From the IMG/VR virus record IMGVR_UViG_3300043104_000334: a stretch of DNA of 64,000 nucleotides; one strand, 5' to 3'. The stretch comes from a virus. Lineage: Duplodnaviria > Caudoviricetes. The translations under genes were made by a program, and so were the position numbers. Shown piece after piece: positions 18,827 through 29,062 of the stretch. The notes under the pieces were generated by a model, which was not told the DNA's origin, did no database searches, and saw nothing but the letters and a program-made list of their open reading frames with translations. Position 1 is the stretch's first letter. Each line of letters starts with the position of its first letter.

Positions 18827-20839
18827 TTACTCTCCTAACTTAAACAGCTTGAAGAACTCCGCAGCATCGTCATAGTCATCAATACTGTTTTCATAGATTG
18901 CATCGTATTTGTGATATTCCTCATTCATAGGGTCTGTTATCAGTTTTGTAGGCTCAGCCCCAGAGTACGAGATAATTACATTATCCTTTGCACGTGTAAT
19001 TGCAACGTACAGCAGGTTACGCTCAGACCGGATATCAGTTGCAACATCTACGTCACAACAAGCCCTAAGCTTATTACTCATGACCTTTGCATTAGGGAAC
19101 ATTCCTTCATCACAGTCAAGGATATAAACATCATCAGCCTCAAGACCCTTTGCAGAATGCATTGTGTAACACCGGATACCCATACCCGCCTGTATACATT
19201 TAGCATTCCTATTCTCTTTATCAATCTCCTCATTATACATAAGAGGATACGGTTTGCTATTGCAGATAGGTGCGACGAGGTTGAAATAAAACTCCTCGGT
19301 ATTGTCAAGTTTCCACCATTCATTCTTGAAGATGTACTTCTTATACGCATTCATGACTTTCATATACACGATGCCAGCCATCTTGTTTGCTTCGATGTCT
19401 CTCCTTGCAGCCGCCATAGCACTCAGTATGACATAGGAGCTTTCTTCTTTATACCGGTAAGATACATCAAAGATATTCTTACTAGAGCTACGCATAGCTT
19501 GTACTGGCAAAGGTTCATTGCCATATCCTGTATCCTTGAATTCTGGAAACAGCTTCAACGCATCTGAAACAACCATAGGGTCATTCGGTTGCCATGCCGC
19601 GTTGCATAACTTGCTTAAGGAATCAAACATAGGTACATTCATGATTGTTGCAAATCTTGAACACCGATAAGGAATACCACGCTTGTACAATTCCTCAATC
19701 ACCGGAATAGCAGATGCATTGTTTCTGTATAAGAACATAACATCTCTCGTATTCATATTACCATGTGATTTCCGGTCAGCCTCAATCCCGTCAACAATCT
19801 TCTTCCAGTCAAGTTCTCTCCGTGGAACAAGTGTAACAGACGAGCCCTTGTTATGACCAACGAAGCATTTAATACTCGGGTCATTTGGCCTGATTATATT
19901 TGTTGCAAACTCCGCGATTTCTTGTCCACACCGGAACGAATGTGTAAGGTTACATGTTACTGCGTCCGGATGTAACTTGAAATATTCCCGAACAATTTGC
20001 CTACACGCACCATTGAATGCATAAATCTGCTGTTTCATATCACCGATAACAATAAGCGTTTCTGCAATATAGGAAAGGATTCTAAGGTGCAATAATGACA
20101 AGTCCTGAAACTCATCAACTACCATAATCTTATATTTACCTTTCCATTTATCAATGATATAAGGTTTCCGCATCAAAGCATAAAGGCAGTAAAGCGGAAT
20201 GTCACCCTGCACAATTTCATCGTTCGTTATTCCACGTAAGAACCATGATAAACGCAAATTCTGAAATACGTCGATGTCCATATCAAGTTCTACAAATGAG
20301 AACTTAGTCTGTACATTATCCGGATGAAACGTAAGGGAACTATTGAGGTCATTAACCGCTTTGATAACCTTACGAATGTAAGTCTTATCTGTTTCCTCAT
20401 TTACCGCAATACCTGTGTCTTTAAGGTAATGTGTCATATCCTCAACGTCCCGTTTAACATTACTGCGCTGAAGTATTTTCATTCCCGGATAAGCTTCTCT
20501 CATGATATGGTTACTCAAGGAATGAAATGTATTAAATACAACTGTTGCTGGAACCGTACATCTTTTACATAACTTTTCATATCTTCCTGCCATCTCTGAA
20601 ACAGCAGCCTTAGTAAAGGACATACAGTTAATTTTATTGCCGGGAACTTTGTGATGCGTCTGAGCAAGAATAAGTCCTGCAATCAACGTATGTGTTTTTC
20701 CTGTTCCCGGGTCAGAGAAAGAAATTGTATCTCTAGTGAAATCACTAGCGAACTCTTTCTGTTCATCTGTTAAGGGACTGCCCATGTAAGCTGACAATAT
20801 GTCAAGCTTCATACTCTCTTCGTTGGTCATCTCAATCAT
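18827..20839 (-). CDS. UvrD/Rep/PcrA-family SF1 helicase
   Basis: PGTGKT, SFTKAA, TFHSL, VDEFQD, GDMKQQIY, TMHSAKGLE, ERNLLYVAITRAK. Confidence 0.93.
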   Translation of the reverse strand: MIEMTNEESMKLDILSAYMGSPLTDEQKEFASDFTRDTISFSDPGTGKTHTLIAGLILAQTHHKVPGNKINCMSFTKAAVSEMAGRYEKLCKRCTVPATVVFNTFHSLSNHIMREAYPGMKILQRSNVKRDVEDMTHYLKDTGIAVNEETDKTYIRKVIKAVNDLNSSLTFHPDNVQTKFSFVELDMDIDVFQNLRLSWFLRGITNDEIVQGDIPLYCLYALMRKPYIIDKWKGKYKIMVVDEFQDLSLLHLRILSYIAETLIVIGDMKQQIYAFNGACRQIVREYFKLHPDAVTCNLTHSFRCGQEIAEFATNIIRPNDPSIKCFVGHNKGSSVTLVPRRELDWKKIVDGIEADRKSHGNMNTRDVMFLYRNNASAIPVIEELYKRGIPYRCSRFATIMNVPMFDSLSKLCNAAWQPNDPMVVSDALKLFPEFKDTGYGNEPLPVQAMRSSSKNIFDVSYRYKEESSYVILSAMAAARRDIEANKMAGIVYMKVMNAYKKYIFKNEWWKLDNTEEFYFNLVAPICNSKPYPLMYNEEIDKENRNAKCIQAGMGIRCYTMHSAKGLEADDVYILDCDEGMFPNAKVMSNKLRACCDVDVATDIRSERNLLYVAITRAKDNVIISYSGAEPTKLITDPMNEEYHKYDAIYENSIDDYDDAAEFFKLFKLGE

Positions 20840-21626
20840 CCTCTCTAAAAGTCAAAAAGTCTTTTACAGTTTTACCAGGTATTCTATTTTGTTTCTTTGA
20901 TGTCTTGAACATATTAAGGCACTTTTCAACAGTACCTCTCCATTCTTCACTAACCTGCTGATTTTTATCGAGAACGATAATCTGGGAATTACCGAACTCA
21001 ATAGGTAACACTTTTCTCTGACGAATAAACTTATACTCATCAGTAAAACCATAGCTCATATCACCATAAAGACCTTTCTCATTCACAGCTCGAGTGGTAA
21101 TATCCGGAGCAACAAGCTCGCTGTATTGCTCATGATGTTCTGAACTACTAATCCAAAATTCTCTAACAAAGTCAAAGATGTCAGCAGCACACTTACGGAT
21201 ATCAAACTCAATATCAGGACGTGCCATGATAAGCATGATGAGCGTTACCTTACTTCTGACATTTGTGAACGAAATCTTAGGCTCCAGTTTTGCATTCTGA
21301 GGAATAGTTTTCACTAAATCGAAAAAGGTGTCTAAGGAATTAACTTTCTCAAGATTGAGCACTTCATAGGAATCCAATATCTGTCTCGCAGCTTCACAAT
21401 TATTTTTAAGCATAGCATCCAGATATTCATCCTCTGTATTGCAAAAATCAAGAGTTGCATAGTAAGCACGCATTTTATTAGCACACTCCGGCCCAAGCCT
21501 GCATCCGCTCAAATCAACAGTGTCGCCATTTCTTTTGCATTGTTCAAGACAGTTTTCAAATCTCTGGGTCAAGGATTGAATCATATAGCGGGTGTTCATT
21601 AACTCCCTCAAAAGAACAACAGCCAT
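20832..21626 (-). CDS. Hypothetical protein
   Basis: AAGGAGG RBS; in operon. Confidence 0.7.
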   Translation of the reverse strand: MAVVLLRELMNTRYMIQSLTQRFENCLEQCKRNGDTVDLSGCRLGPECANKMRAYYATLDFCNTEDEYLDAMLKNNCEAARQILDSYEVLNLEKVNSLDTFFDLVKTIPQNAKLEPKISFTNVRSKVTLIMLIMARPDIEFDIRKCAADIFDFVREFWISSSEHHEQYSELVAPDITTRAVNEKGLYGDMSYGFTDEYKFIRQRKVLPIEFGNSQIIVLDKNQQVSEEWRGTVEKCLNMFKTSKKQNRIPGKTVKDFLTFREDD

Positions 21627-21638
21627 TCTAATCCTCCT

Positions 21639-22292
21639 TTATAAAGTTTTCGTTACTGTTGTATTTTTCATCAAATCTTTCTTGAATGTGTACTCAGCAT
21701 CTGTTATTCCGTCCATAGCGTTACGTCTCTGCTCAATACAGATAATTGTCATATCTTTCTTCATTGCTAAGAAAATATCTTTCATAGCACTCGTTGTTGT
21801 ATCACTAAGCGTGAAGAAATATTCATCAAACAATATAAGCTGTAAGGCATCAGGTTGTGCCTTTAAAGCAGCATACCTAAGTAATGCACCGAGTATTGCA
21901 CGGTATCCGCATCCCTCACGCAAATTAACGTTCTGTCCCTGTTCATTAACAACGGAGACACGATTGTTTTCCGTATGCTGTAAATGTATACCATTCACAT
22001 CTGCATCTGGCACAAGGTTACCCGCTTCTTCGATGGCGAGGTCTAAAATATCCCTTGCTTTTTCCTGATGCTTAATATTATAGCTTTTGATATTTTTGTA
22101 GATTGCCGTAAGGTGATTACCTGTCTCCCTGAGATCACCAATCTGCCGTTCCGTTTTCTCCATGAGTTCTTCATACATTTTACGTTTTCCCTCATTGGCT
22201 TTTCCACGGTCACGTCTATCCTGTGATACTGTAAGGGCACTTAATAAATCATGCCTGCAATCAACATATTCTTTTCGCCCGACTTCAGGCAT
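21639..22292 (-). CDS. SbcC/Rad50-like C-terminal half (coiled coil, signature region, Walker B)
   Basis: LREGCGY variant signature, LILFDE..FTLS Walker B/D-loop region; no Walker A. Confidence 0.7.
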   Translation of the reverse strand: MPEVGRKEYVDCRHDLLSALTVSQDRRDRGKANEGKRKMYEELMEKTERQIGDLRETGNHLTAIYKNIKSYNIKHQEKARDILDLAIEEAGNLVPDADVNGIHLQHTENNRVSVVNEQGQNVNLREGCGYRAILGALLRYAALKAQPDALQLILFDEYFFTLSDTTTSAMKDIFLAMKKDMTIICIEQRRNAMDGITDAEYTFKKDLMKNTTVTKTL

Positions 22293-23266
22293 ATGCAATT
22301 ACCTCCTCTCAAGCACTCCACTGAATCATCCTCTTTAAATAACTTCGCAATGACAGACACCTGCGCCGAAGTAAGATTCATTCCGAGAATAGAATCGCCG
22401 GTTCTCACTCCAACAGTACTTTGAACATTGTTACTAGAGATTGAAACGCTGAATGTTCCATTTCCAACCATAAACGTCATTTTCTGCTTAGGGAATGCAG
22501 TTGCCAAGATAAGCAACTTATCAGCAAACTCTTTAAAGCACAAGTCAGTTACCTTAACACACTCGCTCATCTTTTTGTCAATAGCATTGATAATACTTGT
22601 ACTGATATTGTAGTTTGTTGTTGGTATCCAGAACTCATAGTTGCCTGACTCAAAATACAATGTACTTACATTTTGCAGGTAAGCATATTTTGTATCGTCA
22701 TCGAGCTTATACGCAAAATCCCTGAGTGTCGACATAGGTATGCATACCTCTGGATACTGCATATGCTCAACAAAGAATGTCTGTCTAAAATCGACGTAGA
22801 ATCTGTCATTAGCAAAGACTGGGTCTGGGTCAGCAATGGACAATTCTTTTGCAAGACTTAAGCATGATACAGCTGAATGCGTAAGGTACTTAAGCCGCTT
22901 TGCAAATGCCGGTTTCTTCTCAACGTTAGAAACATCAGGAAGTTCTCTTCTCTCTTCATGTTCCTTTACAAACGTTGATGAAAAAGACTCCTGCTCCATA
23001 AATAGAACAGCATCTGAAAATGTCATTGCTATAGGCTTATCTGAATCCAGAATCGCAATAGCCTTTGTTACCCAGAAAGAAACATCAATCGGACTGAAAT
23101 CATTATCAAGTGACTTAACCGGTATTACAGTACAAGCTGTATAGTCACCAATCATTTGTGCCTGAATAGATTTACCGTCCGTTTTGAAATTGAACATTAC
23201 CTTGGTATTTCTGACAAAATCAGAAAATAAGCCAACAAGGTATTTTGCTTCCACTTCAACTTTCAT
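22241..23266 (-). CDS. Putative sliding-clamp (beta-clamp-like) protein
   Basis: 341 aa, repeating beta-alpha pattern, replication context with a DnaX-like loader; no diagnostic motif. Confidence 0.4.
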   Translation of the reverse strand: MKVEVEAKYLVGLFSDFVRNTKVMFNFKTDGKSIQAQMIGDYTACTVIPVKSLDNDFSPIDVSFWVTKAIAILDSDKPIAMTFSDAVLFMEQESFSSTFVKEHEERRELPDVSNVEKKPAFAKRLKYLTHSAVSCLSLAKELSIADPDPVFANDRFYVDFRQTFFVEHMQYPEVCIPMSTLRDFAYKLDDDTKYAYLQNVSTLYFESGNYEFWIPTTNYNISTSIINAIDKKMSECVKVTDLCFKEFADKLLILATAFPKQKMTFMVGNGTFSVSISSNNVQSTVGVRTGDSILGMNLTSAQVSVIAKLFKEDDSVECLRGGNCICLKSGEKNMLIAGMIY

Positions 23267-23269
23267 AGG

Positions 23270-23611
23270 CTACCTCGAATACAGTTCATTGTACTCATTC
23301 AGCAATTCCAGACCCTCACGGTTAATGGAATCAATGATTCCGTTGACTATGTTGATCTTCTCATTTGCTGCAGCTACCTGTTGTTCACAGACTGCCTTAT
23401 CCGGTATCTCAGCATACCACTCCGGAACAAGAGTCTGCATTGACATATCTTTGTAATCAAATGGAATCCGGCTTAATACTTTGTCCTCAGGACATTTAAG
23501 TAAAGCCGCGTACCACTTGTTAAACTTCTGCTCTTCAACCGCTCTCGTTGAGATGAATCTTTCTCTTGCCTGATTACGAATAGCAACCGGGTCTAAATAT
23601 TGTCCGGGCAT
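23270..23611 (-). CDS. Hypothetical protein
   Basis: AAGGAGG RBS. Confidence 0.65.
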   Translation of the reverse strand: MPGQYLDPVAIRNQARERFISTRAVEEQKFNKWYAALLKCPEDKVLSRIPFDYKDMSMQTLVPEWYAEIPDKAVCEQQVAAANEKINIVNGIIDSINREGLELLNEYNELYSR

Positions 23612-24681
23612 GTTGTATCCTCCTTATAGATGCTTACTAATTTGTCCACGTTATCAGGGTCATTGATAACACTGCGGATAAGGTTTTTATCTCCTGTCGT
23701 GTAACCTTGCTGTACCATGAATGAGTTTAATGAAATGAATCCACTTGACTCACCAATAAAACTAGCAGTCTCCAACTCGTTATATAAGGTCTCCTTATTA
23801 TTACCACGTAGGGACTTAAGCTTTTCTCTCGAATCATCAGACACAGTCTTCTTCATAAAGATAAGCTGGTCTGTATGCAAATCCATATTGCAGTAACTCA
23901 AAGACACCTTGCCATCGTCATCAATATCAATGATTGGGACAGCTATTTGTGAATGTCTGCTAATCTCACCTGCATCAGTATTTGTAAGTGAGCCAGGTAC
24001 AATCATCATAGTACTGGTCCCGTCCAACTTATTTACTGTGAACGAACCAATAGGTTTATGAATATGCCCAACAATAGCAATGTCAATATCCTCCAATGCT
24101 GTACTTATGGCAGCAGAAGCATTATTAACCTGAAGCATTCCCATGTTATGCAGATATTGTGACGGGATAATGTACTCCGTATGGTACAGTCCAATATGAT
24201 AATGGCAATCCTTGTTAATTAATGCCTTATACATTAAGGCACTCTCAGCATCTTTATTCCAATGCATAAAATGAAACTGGACACCATTAAGGATAAGGTC
24301 CTTTGGGGTTCTGATAATCTGGTGGTCCCTTGATACAGCGTGCCTGCTTTTGTAAACAGGGTGAGGCTGAATAAGGAACAGCTCCGGATTTGAATCCATT
24401 CTAATTCTTATATGGTTTCCAATGAGCCCATAGAAGTTGCCATTTAACAGTTCATACATTTCCCTGTCAATGTCTGTGTGTGATAATGCCGCCGCTACAT
24501 CTGAACCATAACCTGCATCAAACCAGTCACCTAAAGATATAAAGTGTGTAATACCTAGTTCTTTTATTGCGGTCATAACATCCAGTTGCATTTGTCTGCA
24601 TACTCCAACATAACCACGAATAGTAGTTATATCTTTCATACGCTTATGTAAGTCACCGGCAATCATAACTCTGTATTTCAT
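23593..24681 (-). CDS. SbcD/Mre11-like metallophosphoesterase nuclease
   Basis: GDLH, GDWFD, GNH, H, GHIH and PGS motifs. Confidence 0.85.
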   Translation of the reverse strand: MKYRVMIAGDLHKRMKDITTIRGYVGVCRQMQLDVMTAIKELGITHFISLGDWFDAGYGSDVAAALSHTDIDREMYELLNGNFYGLIGNHIRIRMDSNPELFLIQPHPVYKSRHAVSRDHQIIRTPKDLILNGVQFHFMHWNKDAESALMYKALINKDCHYHIGLYHTEYIIPSQYLHNMGMLQVNNASAAISTALEDIDIAIVGHIHKPIGSFTVNKLDGTSTMMIVPGSLTNTDAGEISRHSQIAVPIIDIDDDGKVSLSYCNMDLHTDQLIFMKKTVSDDSREKLKSLRGNNKETLYNELETASFIGESSGFISLNSFMVQQGYTTGDKNLIRSVINDPDNVDKLVSIYKEDTTCPDNI

Positions 24682-24694
24682 TTACAAGTCCTCT

Positions 24695-25252
24695 CTACTT
24701 ACATTTCTTTGCAAAGTCCTCAACGATTCGTGAAACTTCTTTTTCGTCAAGACCATAGAAGCCAGCAATATGTTCCGGCGCAACACCATCTGAACTAGCG
24801 AGCAGCACATCGTAAATCTGGTCACTCAACAGCTCAGTAGGCGTGTCCATATACTGGTCTATATAACGGTCAATGCTCTCGATTAGCCGAACCGGGTCAC
24901 CCTTGACAGCCGAATATGATGAGTGAGAAATCTTATCAAGATTCCCAACCATATAACCGTGCTTATCTCTTGTGAGGTAAAGCAACCGGAGATAATTCTT
25001 AACGGTCGTAGAAGATATCTTCATCATTCTGCCGGCATCCTTTAAGGTATTTCCATTTGCATAAACAAGCTCATAAGCTTTCCTCGTCATTGGTGGTGCC
25101 TGCTCAAGCATACGCCAGTACTCATTTACAGTTCTCCGATTATACCGCTTTGGTTCATTTCTTTCTCCCGGTCTGGTACCATACGTTAAAATTTCATAGA
25201 TTGCGTTATGCGGATATGTCCTCCCACTCCGCTCTGCCAAAGTTCGTTTCAT
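24695..25252 (-). CDS. Sigma-70 region 4-like HTH protein
   Basis: NGNTLKDAGRMMKISSTTVKNY; second HTH-like segment at the C-terminus. Confidence 0.6.
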   Translation of the reverse strand: MKRTLAERSGRTYPHNAIYEILTYGTRPGERNEPKRYNRRTVNEYWRMLEQAPPMTRKAYELVYANGNTLKDAGRMMKISSTTVKNYLRLLYLTRDKHGYMVGNLDKISHSSYSAVKGDPVRLIESIDRYIDQYMDTPTELLSDQIYDVLLASSDGVAPEHIAGFYGLDEKEVSRIVEDFAKKCK

Positions 25253-25291
25253 TACCTTTGTCCTCCCTTATCCTTATTATGCTACATAAAG

Positions 25292-26071
25292 TCACTTTAC
25301 TCTATGCTTCCAAGTTTTGACAGTCTGCTCCTTAATAAACTGAACGAAGCCATCCATTTTACTGGCTTTGTCAAAGACCTCAAGTGCCATATAGTAGGTT
25401 TCCTTGTCCTCATTAAAGATAACAGTTGGTGGGTAATCATTAAGCATGAGATAGTAATTCATGATAGCCCTGCCTACCCTGCCATTACCGTCAGCAAACG
25501 GATGAATATTCTCAAGAGACAGATGTAAGAAAGCAGCTCCAACCAGTACATCACACTCAGTGGTATTGATACTGTCAATAAGCTCATCAATTTCTCCATC
25601 GACTTCATCCGGGAACGAACCTACTTCAGTTACCCCGACACAGTAATCGTTCTGCTTGAACTTTCCCGGCCGTTCACCCTTCTTCCATCTCTTCTCATCA
25701 TAGCACCCATGAAGCATAATCTTGTGCAACTTCAATATAAACTCTTTATCAAGTTTTCTCTTATCAGCCAAGTTCTTAAGTAGGTACTCAGTAGCGAACT
25801 TCTGATTCTGTAACTCAAGAATATGACTAACGTCTCCAGTGAAATTTGTTACTTTTCCATCACTAAACAACTCTCTCGTCATATGGTATGACACTGGAAT
25901 GTTTTCAATGTTAGAAGAGTTGTATGCAAATAAAACATTGAAGTTATCAAGTACAGTACAATAGTCCTCGAATGTACTAGCATGATTGGACTTCCACCAT
26001 GCAAGAACATTATCATAAGTAACTACTTTTGTACTGATAACATTTGCTGCATTAAACAATTCACCACTCAT
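25292..26071 (-). CDS. Fic-family protein
   Basis: HPFADGNGRVGR motif; AYNSSNIE; start at MSGELFNAA after GGAGGT. Confidence 0.92.
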   Translation of the reverse strand: MSGELFNAANVISTKVVTYDNVLAWWKSNHASTFEDYCTVLDNFNVLFAYNSSNIENIPVSYHMTRELFSDGKVTNFTGDVSHILELQNQKFATEYLLKNLADKRKLDKEFILKLHKIMLHGCYDEKRWKKGERPGKFKQNDYCVGVTEVGSFPDEVDGEIDELIDSINTTECDVLVGAAFLHLSLENIHPFADGNGRVGRAIMNYYLMLNDYPPTVIFNEDKETYYMALEVFDKASKMDGFVQFIKEQTVKTWKHRVK

Positions 26072-26093
26072 TCTGTTACCTCCGGATATAATA

Positions 26094-26798
26094 TCACGAT
26101 TGGTTTGTATTGTTACTAATCCACTTTCTGCAAGCGGCACATACTCTCTCCTTTGCTTCCTCTCTTGATACTTTGTGCACGAATGCGTAGATGTTTACCA
26201 TTTCATCAAGCTTCTCAAGCAGCTCTTCTTCCCATCTGACTTCATCCGGCTTATCCTGCGGCATAGGTACACGCTTAATTTCTCTGCCGTAGTTGTCTAT
26301 ATCTGGAACGTTGATGTTGATTCCATCAACATTCTTGATTGCGTTGATAATCATTAGTTCCGTACCCGGCCCAATACTTCTTATCTTTGTTAAGCCGTTG
26401 TTCTTCTTATAAAACTCATAGATGTCCCGGACAGTTCGGATGTCAGCCCTAAGCAACATATTGCTGACACGATACTCATTCGGAAATAATTCCTTAACAT
26501 CTGTATCCAGTGTAATCACTGGCCGCGTCATCTCAACAAGTCGTTTATCGACAATATTGATAAACCGCTTTATAGTATCCTTTATTTCACGCTTGGTCTG
26601 CCTGTTCATCTCCGCAAGCTCATCATATGTGTTACCATACTTGAAGTACATACACCCGACCCAGGCACACTTCAATTCATTATTCTTGGAGATACACTCA
26701 TCAATGGCTTTCTTAACCATCTCAAAGTTTCTCCGTTCATCCTTCGCAATAAGCATTGCGTACCAATCCTTAGGCTCCATCATATTTTCCTTATTCAT
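26094..26798 (-). CDS. HTH plus RNA polymerase alpha-CTD-like domain protein
   Basis: YGNTYDELAEM HTH; VKEL...RVSNMLLRADIRTVRDI...LTKIRSIG alpha-CTD pattern. Confidence 0.65.
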   Translation of the reverse strand: MNKENMMEPKDWYAMLIAKDERRNFEMVKKAIDECISKNNELKCAWVGCMYFKYGNTYDELAEMNRQTKREIKDTIKRFINIVDKRLVEMTRPVITLDTDVKELFPNEYRVSNMLLRADIRTVRDIYEFYKKNNGLTKIRSIGPGTELMIINAIKNVDGININVPDIDNYGREIKRVPMPQDKPDEVRWEEELLEKLDEMVNIYAFVHKVSREEAKERVCAACRKWISNNTNQS

Positions 26799-26823
26799 CT
26801 TGTATTCTCCTTAAAATATAATA

Positions 26824-27231
26824 TTAAAGACTTTCCCAATCTAGGTCATCTTTATGTTCTTTAATCATGCAATCATAAGACTGCATTATAAGCAATGTTC
26901 TTTCAATATCAACCAAACCATTTGTACGATTCTTACCATACAATCTAACATACTTATATAGATACATTGATATAGACCTGTAATACCTAAGTAGCTGGGC
27001 TATGTATATTTCTGGTAAGTATCGTAAGGTTCCTATTTCAATAAAATTCTTTCCACGTTTAAGCCTGCACTCATCACACATGGGTATGATATTTTCAACA
27101 TCAGTAGATACAATACGAGTCCATTCTGGTATAAAACAAACACAAGTTAAATTCTTCTTATCTCCACATATAGCGCACTTGTGGTCTGTTTTCTTGTAAA
27201 CGCTAATGCATTTGTGCATACTTAATATCAT
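26824..27231 (-). CDS. Degenerate HNH-like zinc-binding protein
   Basis: CAICG...NIIPMCDEC scaffold; catalytic His and second Asn are absent. Confidence 0.55.
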   Translation of the reverse strand: MILSMHKCISVYKKTDHKCAICGDKKNLTCVCFIPEWTRIVSTDVENIIPMCDECRLKRGKNFIEIGTLRYLPEIYIAQLLRYYRSISMYLYKYVRLYGKNRTNGLVDIERTLLIMQSYDCMIKEHKDDLDWESL

Positions 27232-27240
27232 AGTAACCTC

Positions 27241-28134
27241 CTAATGTTCATGCACTATGAGTGGCTTTCCACACGTAGGACATACTCCATTCATAACATC
27301 AACATAAGCGGTTAATTCCTCGTTAATTTGCGCAATAGGTTGACATAAATCATAAAAACTTACGATAGGCAAATTCGAAATCTCATAGTGTTGTACAGGC
27401 AAGACAGCTAAATTAGGAATAGGGATATTTTCAAGTTCCATATACTCGTAATCCTTTATTGCCATCCAGACCTCATGCATACGCTCATAAAGACTATCAT
27501 AAGCACGCCAGTCATAAGCTTCCATTGTCTCAAGAACTGTCTTAGCATGGTCATGCTCTGCTTTCAATTTTGCAATCTTATCTTTAAAGACCGGAAACGT
27601 TATAGTCTGAAAAGTCTTTAAGAAGTTGTCAGCTACTTTGTCAATAGTGATATCCTGCACAATAGCATCATTGACGGCACCACTCGTCGTAATGAATGGT
27701 ATCGCACCCCATGTAGGATGCAACTGCAAACAGATATCACCACTAGCGTATGTTCGAAATCCGAACTGCTTAACAATAGCGTTGCATCCCTCTGTGTCGT
27801 TCAAGGCTCGTATAATAGGAGTTTTTGGTTCAGCAGTTATATCTGCATAATACAAAAGCAGAGAGTCCCGAGTCTTATCTTTAAGAATAAGGCCTAGCTG
27901 TTCTTTATCGTGTGTAAATATAACGACACCTTGGTCTGTACCATCCTTAATTAAAGACCGTCTAACATCTTCATGAGAAATATCTCCAGACGTTAACTCC
28001 TTGATAACCTTTGACACTACGGACTTTCCATTTGAGTTATCTCCGATAAACTCGACTATTGTATTATCTTCAATAATCATATGAGCTTCCCCAATAGCCT
28101 GAATGTTTTGCAAATCAATCTGAAACATACTCAT
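27241..28134 (-). CDS. SbcC/Rad50-like N-terminal half ending in the zinc hook
   Basis: LQNIQ, Walker A GDNSNGKS, coiled coil, terminal CPTCG. Confidence 0.8.
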   Translation of the reverse strand: MSMFQIDLQNIQAIGEAHMIIEDNTIVEFIGDNSNGKSVVSKVIKELTSGDISHEDVRRSLIKDGTDQGVVIFTHDKEQLGLILKDKTRDSLLLYYADITAEPKTPIIRALNDTEGCNAIVKQFGFRTYASGDICLQLHPTWGAIPFITTSGAVNDAIVQDITIDKVADNFLKTFQTITFPVFKDKIAKLKAEHDHAKTVLETMEAYDWRAYDSLYERMHEVWMAIKDYEYMELENIPIPNLAVLPVQHYEISNLPIVSFYDLCQPIAQINEELTAYVDVMNGVCPTCGKPLIVHEH

Positions 28135-28139
28135 GCTCC

Positions 28140-29003
28140 CTAATTATCTTTATTTATTATAAGTGCCGAATCTTGTATCCTATGCTTCTTAACAAGTATT
28201 ACGTGGATAGCCCACCACGCACATTGTTTGATTACTTGTAAATCACATTTGTATTCTTCAGTCTCAATTGCTGATAGACAGTTGCGCAATCTCGCAACAT
28301 CTTTTTGCACTAAGGACACAAGCTCTGGTAACAGTATTTTCTTACTTGGAATATTATATCTTAATGCGTCACACCCGTATGTGTGAGTTTCTTGGCTATC
28401 AAAGGTAATATCTACGATATTGTCATTATCCCAGATAAACTTACGCGAGCCCTCTTCCGCTTGTTGCATAGAAGCAAAACGACCAGTGTGTACAGATAAA
28501 ACCCTCAGTGTACGCAATACCATGTCAGTATACGTCTCCACATCAAGCTTCTTAGACATTACAATATCTGTACAAATCCAATCCTGTACTCTCGCGATAA
28601 ACTTATACAATCTAGTTATTCCAAACAGTATAGTTTTATCATATAAAATTAAATCATCCACGGATGCCGAACTAATATCTCTTTGTTCTCTTCCATCAAG
28701 ATATATTGTCAGGTTAAAGTCAATTGGATTTGTAACACGGAAAATAATTTCTCGCATTCCAAAACTTGCACTGACTGTTGTATCTTTTATGGTGATATAT
28801 CCTTCATCACCCTGCATATATGTGTATATCATGAAGCAACTCTCTTTAATATCACCGGGAATTACAATATCATTTTCCTGACAAACTGACAATAATGTGA
28901 TTACCTGCTCAATAAAGAACTTTGACCTTTTACACAATTCAATGTCCTTATTAATTGCTTCACGTAATTCTCGTTTTTCTTTGCTTACGAATCGTTTAAA
29001 CAT
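28140..29003 (-). CDS. Hypothetical protein
   Basis: Start placed at MFKRF, below the 29019-29045 hairpin. Confidence 0.65.
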   Translation of the reverse strand: MFKRFVSKEKRELREAINKDIELCKRSKFFIEQVITLLSVCQENDIVIPGDIKESCFMIYTYMQGDEGYITIKDTTVSASFGMREIIFRVTNPIDFNLTIYLDGREQRDISSASVDDLILYDKTILFGITRLYKFIARVQDWICTDIVMSKKLDVETYTDMVLRTLRVLSVHTGRFASMQQAEEGSRKFIWDNDNIVDITFDSQETHTYGCDALRYNIPSKKILLPELVSLVQKDVARLRNCLSAIETEEYKCDLQVIKQCAWWAIHVILVKKHRIQDSALIINKDN

Positions 29004-29062
29004 TGTTTCACCCAAAATCCCTTGGTGGATTAAATCCACCAAGGGCATATGATTGATGTAAA

